A DNA stretch of 41,264 nucleotides from an uncultured Oscillospiraceae bacterium (GTDB taxonomy: Bacteria > Bacillota > Clostridia > UMGS1883), in NCBI GenBank assembly GCA_964551215.1, contig CAZKBV010000004.1, forward strand, positions 1 to 41,264. Reading direction: 5' to 3'. Shown here piece by piece: positions 6,691 through 15,885 of the stretch. How positions within the stretch are numbered: position 1 is the stretch's first letter; each line of letters opens with the position of its first letter. The notes under the pieces were generated by a model that saw only the letters and a program-made list of their open reading frames with translations, was not told the origin of the DNA and did not search any database. A program made the position numbers and the translations under genes.

Positions 6691-9198
6691 TCAATAATCC
6701 AAATATTCCGTATCCTCCCAAAGCTCAAAGCCGCCCAAATAGCTGTGTCTGAGCCTATAAAACGAAGCATAGCGGTTGGGGAACAAAAGCTGCAGAGCCT
6801 TCTGACGATCCCTGTTGCCGTAGCATATGAAGTAAAGTCGGCCAAACTCGGCAAAATCCTCAGTGGAATTATTGCCGCCATATTCGCTGACTGATATCAT
6901 GTCGTCATTTATGGCCTGAGCCCAGCCGTTTCCTTCGGCCCAGCCACCGGCTCCGGCGGAAACGCTGTGGGACATTTCATGGCAGAGAATTCGGAGCATT
7001 GTGTCCGTATCGCGAGTTCCCTGCACACGTATGTAAAGGTCGGAATAGCCGCAGTTAAAGCTGTTTGCCTCATCCTCCCTGATTTTGACGGTTTTTATAT
7101 TTTTTCTGTAGACATACGGTATGCGGATAAACGCCTCGGGGAAATACTCCGCGTTGCGTTTGGGGTCGTCGCTGTTCTGAACGTAAAGGGCTATAGTCTG
7201 CTGAACGGAGCCGTCGGCGGCATAAATTGAAAGGTTATACTTTGTTCCCGAAATCATCGTGCCGTTCCATAGGTCGTAGGTTCCTTCTTCGCCGTCAGTG
7301 ACCTTATATGTGACGCCGCTTGTCCCCGGAAGCTCCGCGCTGACGGGGCAAAGCGAAATTGTGCCGTCCGTCATAAGATAACCGCCACTGACGCTGAGAA
7401 AATTCGTCAGCTTATTATAAAGCTCGTCGTCGCTGCCGGCGGCTTCCTTATAAATATTGTCTATACGTTTGCGAGGCGTCCACTCCGCGCCGATTATATC
7501 ATTGCTGTAGCGGTCGAACACATCTCCCGCCACTGTCTCGTAAATCATTTCAAGACGTCTGCGCTGAGCCTTGCTGAGCCGCCCGTAGGCGTCGGTTTCG
7601 GATATCAGCCGCAAAGGACTTTCCTCATTCAGCGGTTCAAAAATAAGTTCAATTTTATCCTTTTCGTTTACGGCTGTAAGGTAACCGTCGGAAAGCCCCA
7701 CGTACATACCGTTTTCCGCGCTTTTCAGATAATACGCCGGAGCTTCGTCGCTGTAATTTTCGCTTTCTTCAAGGATCCAGTGCTGGCTGATGCCGTTGTA
7801 ATCGTAATCTCCGCTTACCAAAGGGCCGCTGTCAGCGGCGGTTATTCTTCTTTCGGAGGAACGGCACACAAAGGCAAAAGTGCCGTCGCCCATATCTCGG
7901 GGCAGGAACATTGCGCTTTCGCCCTTAACCGCCGTCCAATCGGCGGAAAGCCTGCCGTTGTTTCCCCGAACATATTTCCCATTAGCTCTCACCCCGTAAT
8001 ACCGTCCGGCAAAGCCGCTGTATAAGGGGTCGTCAACTATTGTCTCGGCGTTAAAGCCGGTAATATAAAAGCTGTAATCGGAATAATCCTCCCCGCTGAC
8101 AAGGGTTTTATGACTGTTGCTTATCAACGCGAGGGAATCCAGCTTAGAGCCGTTTGTTCTGGCATTAACAGGGCCGCCGGTATAGGTTTCGCCCTCCTCA
8201 TCGGTAATGGCTATAGTGTAGCTGTTTTCGGCGACGCTGCCGTATATTTTAATCTTATATGTTTTGCCCTCTTCGGCAGGGCAAATGTTTACGGCGGCGG
8301 CGGTGTAGCTTCCGCTGCCGTTGCCGTTTCTGACGGCAAAATCGCTTCCGTTAAATAAAAGTATAACGGAGGAATTTGCGTAATCCAAAACGGTCTTATC
8401 GCTGTCGTGGAGCATAACGGCATTGTCGCCCTTTTTAACAAGGGTAAGCTCAAAGCTCATTTCGTATTCTCCGTCCAAGGCTTCAAAGCTGTGATACGCA
8501 ATGGTGGCGGAGTGGTTGGTTTTCTGGTCGTCGCTGTACCACTTTTCAACCTCCGGTTCCTTTAATTTAAAGGTAAAGTTCGCCTCAGCCGTTTCGTTTT
8601 CATAAACGATAAGCGTCAACGACGCGCTGTCCGTCGGTTCCATATTTTCGGGAGCTGACGCCGTTACGGTGTACTCTCCCACGGGAATGTCCGTGAAGCT
8701 GTAGCTTCCGTCCGCCGAGGTTTTAACGGTTTTTGCGCCGAAATCCTTCGAGGAAACAGTAATTTCCACATTTTCCAAAGCCGCGTTTTCAGCGTCCTTT
8801 ACAATTCCGCTTACCGTTCCCAATGCCGGACCGCTGTAGGCGGAGCCGTCAACTATCCCGTCGGCAGTAAGGGCGGACAGCATTTTCGCCGCGGGAGACA
8901 TATTCTCCATATTCCACAAAAAAACCTTTGCAATAGAATCCGCGCCCACTTTTTCGGCGTCCAGCGTAAGAAAAGCTCTGTTGTCCGATACGATTGAGCT
9001 GCATACCGATTCAAGGCCGTTTTCGCCGTAAAGGGCAAGCACCGCCGTCAGTCCGTTTTCCGCATTATAAAGCCCCACGCTTATCTCCCCGGGAGCAAGC
9101 GCGGTATTTCCCCATTCCACTCGTAAATCCGTGCCGAAAACCGGTAGGCAGACACTGAGCAAGCAAAACACCGACAATACGCATAACAGCTTCTTCAT
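6691..9198 (-). CDS. Secreted multidomain protein with a C-terminal ATLF/M34-like zinc metallopeptidase domain
   Basis: Signal peptide MKKLLCVLSVFCLLSVCLPVFG. CarboxypepD_reg-like segment GIVKDAEN...YSFTDIPVGEYTVTA. Beta-trefoil-like middle region. HEMSH (6967-6981) plus downstream EDFAEF (6844-6861), as in lethal-factor/PPEP-type peptidases. Confidence 0.75.
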   Translation of the reverse strand: MKKLLCVLSVFCLLSVCLPVFGTDLRVEWGNTALAPGEISVGLYNAENGLTAVLALYGENGLESVCSSIVSDNRAFLTLDAEKVGADSIAKVFLWNMENMSPAAKMLSALTADGIVDGSAYSGPALGTVSGIVKDAENAALENVEITVSSKDFGAKTVKTSADGSYSFTDIPVGEYTVTASAPENMEPTDSASLTLIVYENETAEANFTFKLKEPEVEKWYSDDQKTNHSATIAYHSFEALDGEYEMSFELTLVKKGDNAVMLHDSDKTVLDYANSSVILLFNGSDFAVRNGNGSGSYTAAAVNICPAEEGKTYKIKIYGSVAENSYTIAITDEEGETYTGGPVNARTNGSKLDSLALISNSHKTLVSGEDYSDYSFYITGFNAETIVDDPLYSGFAGRYYGVRANGKYVRGNNGRLSADWTAVKGESAMFLPRDMGDGTFAFVCRSSERRITAADSGPLVSGDYDYNGISQHWILEESENYSDEAPAYYLKSAENGMYVGLSDGYLTAVNEKDKIELIFEPLNEESPLRLISETDAYGRLSKAQRRRLEMIYETVAGDVFDRYSNDIIGAEWTPRKRIDNIYKEAAGSDDELYNKLTNFLSVSGGYLMTDGTISLCPVSAELPGTSGVTYKVTDGEEGTYDLWNGTMISGTKYNLSIYAADGSVQQTIALYVQNSDDPKRNAEYFPEAFIRIPYVYRKNIKTVKIREDEANSFNCGYSDLYIRVQGTRDTDTMLRILCHEMSHSVSAGAGGWAEGNGWAQAINDDMISVSEYGGNNSTEDFAEFGRLYFICYGNRDRQKALQLLFPNRYASFYRLRHSYLGGFELWEDTEYLDY

Positions 9199-9250
9199 AC
9201 GATACGCACCCTCTCTCGCAAGCCTTTATTTTTTCGGATATCCTTTATTT

Positions 9251-9279
9251 ATTTTATAACATTCTCAAATATTTGTCAA
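9251..9279 (-). promoter_or_regulatory. SigA-type promoter for the 835-aa secreted protein gene
   Basis: Minus sense reads TTGACA (9279-9274), 17-nt spacer, TAAAAT (9256-9251). TGTTATAAA gives an alternative extended -10. Confidence 0.55.
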
Positions 9280-9340
9280 TACTTTTTAATTTAACCAAGC
9301 TAAAACCAAAGCTTTATTAAAATTTTTAAACAAGCTGTCC

Positions 9341-9415
9341 GCTCCCCGCGCCGGCTGCAATCTATCGCAAGCTCTGTTTCAAGCAAGCTTGCCGGAGCGT
9401 TGCTCCGATTTAAAA
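9341..9415 (-). repeat. 75-bp structured intergenic repeat, copy B (inverted relative to copy A)
   Basis: Reverse complement aligns with 1581-1655 without gaps: arms 22/22 and 31/33, with a divergent 20-nt core carrying the GCAAGCTTGC palindrome. Confidence 0.9.
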
Positions 9416-9445
9416 GAGGTGTAAGAATTAACCTTACACCTCTTT
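9413..9445 (-). terminator. Rho-independent terminator of the ribosomal/alpha operon downstream of rplQ
   Basis: 13-bp stem AAAGAGGTGTAAG / CTTACACCTCTTT with a 7-nt loop. Minus sense is followed by TTTT; an A/T run on each side makes it potentially bidirectional. Confidence 0.75.
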
Positions 9446-9483
9446 ATACGTTAAAGCTTGTATTAAAGCTTTTTTGCCGCTAT

Positions 9484-9564
9484 GAAACTCGGTTCTGAGA
9501 TTTTCAGAGCCGAAATTTTCAGCCCTGAAATTTTCAGCCCCGAAACTTTCAGTCCCTTTCAGCC
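9484..9564. repeat. 15-bp tandem repeat array, about 5 units, consensus GAAATTTTCAGCCCY
   Basis: Units at 9497-9511, 9512-9526, 9527-9541 and 9542-9556, with degenerate or partial units at both ends. Each unit embeds the palindrome CTGAAAtTTTCAG. Confidence 0.9.
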
Positions 9565-9593
9565 GACAAACCGTCTGCGTTATTTTTGCGGCT

Positions 9594-9938
9594 TTAGTCC
9601 ATAAGCTTGATTACGGCCATAGGCGCACAGTCACCCCGGCGAACGCCCGTCCTGATGATCTGTGTATATCCGCCCTGACGCTCTGTGTACTTGGGAGCAA
9701 TCTCGTCGAAAACCTTCTTAACGACATCTTCCTTTGTTATAAAAGAAAGAGCCTGTCTGCGCGCGTGAAGGTCGCCTCTTTTGCCGAGAGTAATCATGTT
9801 CTCGGCGAGAGCGCGGATTTCCTTTGCGCGGGTTACGGTAGTCTCGATTTTGCCGTTTTCCAAAAGAGCAGTCACCTGGCCCCGAAGCATTGCCATTCTA
9901 TGGTCGGTTTTACGACCGAGCTTTCTTGTTCCAGCCAT
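9594..9938 (-). CDS. rplQ: 50S ribosomal protein L17
   Basis: 114-aa L17 sequence at the last position of the alpha operon. Confidence 0.97.
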   Translation of the reverse strand: MAGTRKLGRKTDHRMAMLRGQVTALLENGKIETTVTRAKEIRALAENMITLGKRGDLHARRQALSFITKEDVVKKVFDEIAPKYTERQGGYTQIIRTGVRRGDCAPMAVIKLMD

Positions 9939-9994
9939 TGATATTCCTCCTTATTCGGGTCCAAAGACCACGGTTGATTTTAAACGCGATTTAA

Positions 9995-10951
9995 TCAGTC
10001 CTCATCGGGGGCGAAGCTGAGTCCCAGAGTCTGAAGCTTATTGCACACCTCGTCAAGGGACTTGCGGCCCAGATTGCGAACCTTCATCATTTCTTCTTCT
10101 CTGCGCTGGGTAAGGTCTTCAACGGTGTTGATACCCGCACGCTTCAAGCAGTTGTAGGAACGAACCGAAAGATCAAGCTCCTCAATTGTCATTTCAAGAA
10201 CCTTCTCCTTCTTTGTTTCTTCCTTCTCCACCATGGTTTCCACATTCATGGCTTCGTCCGTAAGCTGGATAAAGAGCATCATGTGGTCGTTGATTATCTT
10301 GGCCGCGAGACTTATTGCTTCGTCCGCGGTCTTTGTGCCGTTAGTCCATACCTCTATTGTGAGCTTGTCGAAGTCGGTATTTTGCCCCACACGGGTATTC
10401 TCAACGGAATAATTGACCTTATGAACGGGTGTGTAGATGGAGTCCACCGGAATAAGACCTATAAAGGGCTGGCTCATGGCCTTGTTTTTCTCAGAGGAAA
10501 CATAGCCCCTGCCCTTGCCCACCGTAAGCTCCATATAAAGCTTTGCGTCCTCGTTAAGAGTCGCAAGGTGAAGGTCTCCGTTAACTATTTCCATATCGCT
10601 GTCGCAGCGAATATCCCTGGCGCAAAGCTCGCCTGCGCCTTCGGCCTCAATATAAACGGTCTTGGGGCCGTCGCCATGGAGTTTGATTATGACCTGCTTG
10701 ATATTAAGCACGATCTCGCTTACGTCCTCTTTAACTCCGGGGATGGTGGAAAATTCGTGCTGTATGCCATCAATTTTGATGGATGTGATTGCCGCACCCT
10801 CAAGAGAGGAAAGCATCATTCTGCGAAGGGAATTTCCTAAGGTCGTGCCGTAGCCCCTTTGAAGAGGAGCAACGGTATATTTCCCGTAGGAACCGTCCTC
10901 GCTGAGCGCCGTACGCTCAAGACGAGGCTTTTCAAATCTTAAATCTGTCAT
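9995..10951 (-). CDS. rpoA: DNA-directed RNA polymerase alpha subunit
   Basis: 318 aa. N-terminal dimerisation domain and a C-terminal CTD helix-hairpin-helix ([16 protein letters not shown]). Confidence 0.97.
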   Translation of the reverse strand: MTDLRFEKPRLERTALSEDGSYGKYTVAPLQRGYGTTLGNSLRRMMLSSLEGAAITSIKIDGIQHEFSTIPGVKEDVSEIVLNIKQVIIKLHGDGPKTVYIEAEGAGELCARDIRCDSDMEIVNGDLHLATLNEDAKLYMELTVGKGRGYVSSEKNKAMSQPFIGLIPVDSIYTPVHKVNYSVENTRVGQNTDFDKLTIEVWTNGTKTADEAISLAAKIINDHMMLFIQLTDEAMNVETMVEKEETKKEKVLEMTIEELDLSVRSYNCLKRAGINTVEDLTQRREEEMMKVRNLGRKSLDEVCNKLQTLGLSFAPDED

Positions 10952-11008
10952 AGTTAAACCCTCCTACTTTATTTACTTTTATGTGAATAAGTTGACCGAG
11001 GGAGACTA

Positions 11009-11602
11009 TTACTTGGAATACAGCTCGACGATAAGCGTCTCGTTGATTTCAAAGTCAATATCTTCTCTCTTGGGAACATCAACCACAGTTCCTGTAAGAG
11101 TGTTTTTGTCAACGCTGAGCCACTTGGGAGCAACACGGGAAGAATTTGCCTCTGCTATGTCCTTAATCCACTGGGCGGAAGCTGTTTTCTCCTTAAGGGA
11201 AACAACGTCGCCGGTTTTTACAAGGTAAGAGGGAATGTCAACGCGCTTGCCGTTTACAAGCACATGGCCGTGAGTTACTATCTGGCGAGCCTGACGGCGG
11301 GTATCTGCCAGACCGAGCCGGAAGATAACGTTGTCAAGTCTGCTTTCAAGAATGGCAAGAAGATTTTCACCTGTTATTCCGGCCTTTTTTTCAGCCATAA
11401 CGAAGTATGTTCTGAACTGCTTCTCCAGCACGCCGTAAATAAACTTCGCCTTCTGCTTTTCATTGAGCTGAAGACCGTATTCGGACTGCTTTCTTCTCTG
11501 GGGTCCGGGATTGCGATTGCTCTTCTTGTCTACGCCCATAACGCCGGGCTCAATGCCCAGAGTTCTGCAGCGCTTTAATACGGGTTGCATATTTTTAGCC
11601 AT
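11009..11602 (-). CDS. rpsD: 30S ribosomal protein S4
   Basis: 197-aa S4 sequence in operon context. Confidence 0.97.
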   Translation of the reverse strand: MAKNMQPVLKRCRTLGIEPGVMGVDKKSNRNPGPQRRKQSEYGLQLNEKQKAKFIYGVLEKQFRTYFVMAEKKAGITGENLLAILESRLDNVIFRLGLADTRRQARQIVTHGHVLVNGKRVDIPSYLVKTGDVVSLKEKTASAQWIKDIAEANSSRVAPKWLSVDKNTLTGTVVDVPKREDIDFEINETLIVELYSK

Positions 11603-11623
11603 TTTGGTAACCTCCTTTTATAA

Positions 11624-12019
11624 TCAGACTCTTCTTCTCTTGGGAGGACGGCAACCATTGTGAGGGATGGGAGTTACGTCCTTAATGAGAGTTACCTCAA
11701 GACCTGCGGCCTGAAGCGCGCGTATTGCCGCCTCACGTCCGGCGCCGGGTCCCTTAACGAATACCTCAACCGTCTTGAGGCCATGCTCCATAGCAGCCTT
11801 TGCCGCGGTTTCAGCCGCGCTCTGAGCCGCAAAGGGAGTGCTCTTTCTGCTCCCTCGGAAGCCCAGGCCGCCTGCGCTTGCCCAGGAAAGAGCGTTGCCG
11901 TTTACATCGGTAATCGTTACTATAGTGTTATTGAAAGTGCTGCGGATATGAGCCGCGCCGCGTTCAATGTTTTTACGTTCCTTACGCTTGCGAACAGTTC
12001 TTTTTACCGTCTTAGCCAT
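11624..12019 (-). CDS. rpsK: 30S ribosomal protein S11
   Basis: 131-aa S11 sequence. Confidence 0.97.
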   Translation of the reverse strand: MAKTVKRTVRKRKERKNIERGAAHIRSTFNNTIVTITDVNGNALSWASAGGLGFRGSRKSTPFAAQSAAETAAKAAMEHGLKTVEVFVKGPGAGREAAIRALQAAGLEVTLIKDVTPIPHNGCRPPKRRRV

Positions 12020-12031
12020 GCTCTCTCCTCC

Positions 12032-12400
12032 TTACTTCTTCTTATTGGCTATCGTGCGCTTGGGACCCTTACGGGTTCTCGCGTTTGTCTTTGTTCTCTG
12101 GCCGCGGCAGGGAAGCCCCTTTCTGTGGCGGGTTCCTCTGTACGAACCGATTTCTATGAGACGCTTTATGTTAAGCGCAACGTCACGGCGAAGGTCGCCT
12201 TCCACAACGTATTCCTTATCAATGGCGTCTCTTATTTTGGCAACCTCGTCCTCGGTTAAGTCCTTAACGCGGGTGTCGGGGTTAATACCTGTTTTTGCAA
12301 GGATTTTATTTGCACTGCTTCTGCCTATGCCGTAAACGTATGTGAGACCTATCTCAACACGTTTTTCTCTGGGCAAATCAACACCGGCTATTCTTGCCAT
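12032..12400 (-). CDS. rpsM: 30S ribosomal protein S13
   Basis: 122 aa, starting [14 protein letters not shown]. Confidence 0.97.
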   Translation of the reverse strand: MARIAGVDLPREKRVEIGLTYVYGIGRSSANKILAKTGINPDTRVKDLTEDEVAKIRDAIDKEYVVEGDLRRDVALNIKRLIEIGSYRGTRHRKGLPCRGQRTKTNARTRKGPKRTIANKKK

Positions 12401-12530
12401 CCTTTAATACACCTCCAAAGTTTATTGACACGGTTTTTTGTAATAAGGGTGATAAAATTGCGCTTCCTTCGGGCAGCCGTCTCGGTTTTCCCTCGCCGGC
12501 TTCAGCCGCACCCATACAGACGGCAAACAA
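12401..12530 (-). promoter_or_regulatory. Structured 130-nt rpmJ-rpsM spacer; candidate alpha-operon (S4-type) ribosomal leader
   Basis: Minus sense contains a GCCGTCT...AGACGGC helix enclosing a CGGC-TGAA-GCCG hairpin, then a second GCTGCC-CGAA-GGAAGC hairpin, all upstream of the rpsM RBS GGAGGTG. Confidence 0.35.
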
Positions 12531-12656
<126 letters not shown>

Positions 12657-12684
12657 CTATATATTAGCTGGGTGAGAATTTATC

Positions 12685-12903
12685 TTATTTTGCTCTCCAT
12701 GTAATTCTCCCGCGAGTGAGGTCGTAGGGAGAAAGCTCCACCGTAACCTTGTCGCCGGGTAAAATCCTGATAAAATTCATTCGAAGTTTACCTGAAATAT
12801 GCGCCAATATTTGATGTCCGTTAGGCAGCTCAACCTGAAACATCGCGTTTGGAAGAGCCTCCAATACAGTACCTTCAAGTTCAATCGCGTCGTCCTTAGC
12901 CAA
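12685..12903 (-). CDS. infA: Translation initiation factor IF-1
   Basis: 72-aa S1-like OB fold sequence. Confidence 0.97.
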   Translation of the reverse strand: MAKDDAIELEGTVLEALPNAMFQVELPNGHQILAHISGKLRMNFIRILPGDKVTVELSPYDLTRGRITWRAK

Positions 12904-13150
12904 GGCAACAACCTCCTTCGGATATATAATTCTTTATGACCTTTCTCACGTGGGCGTTCAGCTTCAGCTTCGAGACGTCCGTCTCGGCTCCCGTGAATTC
13001 CACATGTTTAATTTGTTTTTTCTTGGGCTTATCCATCGTTCGCCGACGGCCATCCGCAAGGAAAAGATTCTTTCCCTCCGCGCTCAGCACAACGTAAAGT
13101 CTGCCTTTATCGTGGCCTGCCGTCGAACGGACTATTGCTCCCTTTTCCAT
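12896..13150 (-). CDS. Small KOW-domain RNA-binding protein (YbzG-like) between map and infA
   Basis: 84 aa. KOW-like [18 protein letters not shown]. Overlaps the infA start by 8 nt. Confidence 0.75.
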   Translation of the reverse strand: MEKGAIVRSTAGHDKGRLYVVLSAEGKNLFLADGRRRTMDKPKKKQIKHVEFTGAETDVSKLKLNAHVRKVIKNYISEGGCCLG

Positions 13151-13158
13151 AATCCGCC

Positions 13159-13911
13159 TCAGTTAAGAGTCAGGTAAACGGGGCCGTTATCCGTTACCGC
13201 AACCGTATTTTCGTAATGTGCCGCAAGACTTCCGTCCGCGGTTCTCACCGTCCAGCCGTCATGACTGTCAAAGGTAACGGCGTAATTTCCGGCTGTTATC
13301 ATAGGCTCAATGGCAATTACCATATTTCTTACGAGCCTGATGCCGTGACCGCTATGGCCGAAATTGGGAACGTCCGGAGCCTCGTGGAGATTTTTCCCCA
13401 CTCCGTGGCCCACAAGCTCCCTGACCACTCCGAAGCCGTTAGCCTCGGCATATTCCTGAACAGCCGCCCCGATATCTCCGACACGGTTTCCGGCGGCGGC
13501 CTTTGCGGCGCCCCTGAAAAAACATTCCTTTGTTACATCAATAAGCTTCTGAGCCGCTTCGCTTATATTCCCCACGGGGAAGGTGCGGGCCGCGTCGCTG
13601 TGATATCCCTTATAGAAAGCCCCGCCGTCTATACTGACGATGTCGCCTTCCTTAAGCACAACCTTATTGGAAGGGATTCCGTGGACTACGACCTCGTTGG
13701 GAGATACGCAGCAGCACGCCGGAAAGCCTCGGTAGCCTTTAAACGAGGGCTTTGCGTGGTGGGAAAGAATAACCTTTTCCACCACGGCATTGAGCTCGGC
13801 TGTTGTCATGCCGGGCTTAACGGCTTCCTCCGCCCTGCTGAGAGCCTCGGCAAGTATCTTGCCCGCCTCGGCCATCCTCTCAATTTCCGATTTGGTTTTA
13901 ATAACGATCAT
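13159..13911 (-). CDS. map: Type I methionine aminopeptidase
   Basis: 250-aa M24A sequence with metal ligands in conserved context. Confidence 0.95.
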   Translation of the reverse strand: MIVIKTKSEIERMAEAGKILAEALSRAEEAVKPGMTTAELNAVVEKVILSHHAKPSFKGYRGFPACCCVSPNEVVVHGIPSNKVVLKEGDIVSIDGGAFYKGYHSDAARTFPVGNISEAAQKLIDVTKECFFRGAAKAAAGNRVGDIGAAVQEYAEANGFGVVRELVGHGVGKNLHEAPDVPNFGHSGHGIRLVRNMVIAIEPMITAGNYAVTFDSHDGWTVRTADGSLAAHYENTVAVTDNGPVYLTLN

Positions 13912-14546
13912 TTCTCAACACCGACAGCCTTCATTACGTTTTTCGTTGTATCCTCCAGCTTCTCGCAACCCTTAGCGGTGCGGAGAAGATTTCTGGAGCG
14001 GTAAAATTCCTTAAGAGGCTCTGTCTGGTTGTGATAAACCGAAAGACGGCGGCGTACGGTTTCGGGCGCGTCGTCGGAACGGAGAATCAGTTCTCCGCCG
14101 CACTTGTCGCACTTTCCCTCCGTTTTCGGAGGATTGTACTTTACGTGGTAGGGTGCCGCGCAGCTTTTACACTCGCGTCTGCCGCTGAGCCGCTCAACAA
14201 TTGCCTCATCCTCAACTTCTATGTTAAGGGCGCAGTCTAAAGCTATGCCCATGCCCTCCATTGCCTCGGCCTGAGGAATCGTCCTCGGAAAACCGTCAAG
14301 GATGTATCCATTTCGGCAGTCCGGTTCTTGTATTCTCTCCTTGACCATAGAGATGACCACATTATCGGGAACAAGCTCGCCCCGGGCAATGTAGCCCTCA
14401 GCGTCAAGACCAAGGGGTGTTTTTTCGCCGATAGCCTTTCGGATAATTGCTCCGGTGGAGATATGGGGTACGCCAAGCTTTTCCTTAAGAATTTCGGCTT
14501 GAGTTCCCTTTCCTCCTCCCGGAGGACCCATTATAGTCAATTTCAT
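13908..14546 (-). CDS. adk: Adenylate kinase with a Cys4 zinc lid
   Basis: 212 aa. P-loop GPPGGGKGT. Lid CKSC...CDKC. Confidence 0.97.
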   Translation of the reverse strand: MKLTIMGPPGGGKGTQAEILKEKLGVPHISTGAIIRKAIGEKTPLGLDAEGYIARGELVPDNVVISMVKERIQEPDCRNGYILDGFPRTIPQAEAMEGMGIALDCALNIEVEDEAIVERLSGRRECKSCAAPYHVKYNPPKTEGKCDKCGGELILRSDDAPETVRRRLSVYHNQTEPLKEFYRSRNLLRTAKGCEKLEDTTKNVMKAVGVEK

Positions 14547-14564
14547 TTTTATCGCCTCATAAAA

Positions 14565-15884
14565 TTATTCCAGGAAGCCCTTATAGTGACGCATGAGCAT
14601 CTGGCTTTCGATTTGTTTAACCGTTTCAAGGGCAACGCCTACAACGATCAGCAGGCTGGTACCCGTGAGAGCAACGGAGCTGAGAGAGCCGAGTCTCGGA
14701 ATACATTCACTGACAACAATCGGGAACACGGCAACTATGCCAAGGAAGATAGCGCCGACAAGGGTGATTCTTCCAAGCACCTTAGCGATATAGTCGCTGG
14801 TAGGTCTGCCGGGACGAAGCCCCGGTACCATGCCGTTATTTTTTCTGATGTTATTGGACACTTCTACCGGATTAAAGGTTATAGAAGTATAGAAGTAGGT
14901 AAATCCAACAATCAGCAGGAAATATACAAGGGGATAGAAAATTTTGCTTATAAGTCCGCCGCTGCCCGTTACAAACCTTGCGATGGAAACAAGCACGCCT
15001 GTACTCTTGCCGAAAAGCTGGGCAAGAGTTGCGGGGAAGGTCATGATGGACATGGCGAAGATGATGGGAATTACGCCCGCCATAGCAACCTTAATGGGAA
15101 TAAAGGTGCTCTGTCCGCCGTACATCTTTCTGCCGACCACGCGCTTTGCGTACTGAACGGGTATTCTGCGCTCAGCCTCGTTGATAAGGACAACGAATGT
15201 GATGGACGCAATGACGTAAATCGCAAGAATTACAAGCCACCACCACTGTTTCTGGCCGCCGGACATGAAGTTCTGCCACGCGGTCATAATCATTGTGGGA
15301 ATACGGCTTACGATACCGGCAAAAATAAGCATTGAGATACCGTTGCCTACGCCCTTGCCGGTGATTTCCTCGCCCAGCCACATAAGGAACGCCGTACCGG
15401 CTGTGAATGCGACTATAATCGTAATCATTACCATTATGTGAGGGATGCCGGAAACATTCATAACCGCTCCGTTACGGCTCAGAGTAAGGGCAAGGCCCCA
15501 AGACTGAAGCGCCGCGAGAGCAACCGTAAGATAACGGGTGATTTTTGTTATCTTCTTTCTGCCCTCTTCACCCTCCTTGCTCATTCTCTCAAGAGCGGGA
15601 ATGGCGACGCACAAAAGCTGCATAATAATGGAGCTGTTGATATAAGGTGTGATGGACATCGCGAATATGGTTGCGTTGGAGAAGCTGCCGCCGGAGAATG
15701 TATCCAGCAGATTGAAGAGGGTACTGCCCCCGTCGCCGGCCATCCATTCCTTTACAACCGAAGGATCAAGCCACGGCACCGGAATAACGCTGCCGAGGCG
15801 GAATATAACCAAAAGGAAAATTGTGTATAATATCTTTTTGCGAAGGTCAGGTATCTTCCATGCATTACGAATAGTTTCGAGCAT
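14565..15884 (-). CDS. secY: Preprotein translocase subunit SecY
   Basis: 439-aa protein with 10 TM segments and SecY sequence, at the expected spc-operon position. Confidence 0.97.
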   Translation of the reverse strand: MLETIRNAWKIPDLRKKILYTIFLLVIFRLGSVIPVPWLDPSVVKEWMAGDGGSTLFNLLDTFSGGSFSNATIFAMSITPYINSSIIMQLLCVAIPALERMSKEGEEGRKKITKITRYLTVALAALQSWGLALTLSRNGAVMNVSGIPHIMVMITIIVAFTAGTAFLMWLGEEITGKGVGNGISMLIFAGIVSRIPTMIMTAWQNFMSGGQKQWWWLVILAIYVIASITFVVLINEAERRIPVQYAKRVVGRKMYGGQSTFIPIKVAMAGVIPIIFAMSIMTFPATLAQLFGKSTGVLVSIARFVTGSGGLISKIFYPLVYFLLIVGFTYFYTSITFNPVEVSNNIRKNNGMVPGLRPGRPTSDYIAKVLGRITLVGAIFLGIVAVFPIVVSECIPRLGSLSSVALTGTSLLIVVGVALETVKQIESQMLMRHYKGFLE

Positions 15885-15885
15885 T

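Noticed and set aside
1581-9415. Composite transposon or IS element bounded by the 75-bp inverted repeats
   Set aside because: No transposase, integrase or recombinase gene lies within or next to the block, and no target-site duplication is evident. It is kept only as a low-confidence hypothesis in the findings.
9484-9564. CRISPR array
   Set aside because: The 15-bp units are directly adjacent with no spacers, far shorter than CRISPR repeats, and no cas genes are present.
12424-12460. Plus-strand promoter-like TTGACA ... TGATAAAAT inside the rpmJ-rpsM spacer
   Set aside because: Spacing between the hexamers is about 22 nt and there is no plus-strand gene to serve. It is probably a chance match.
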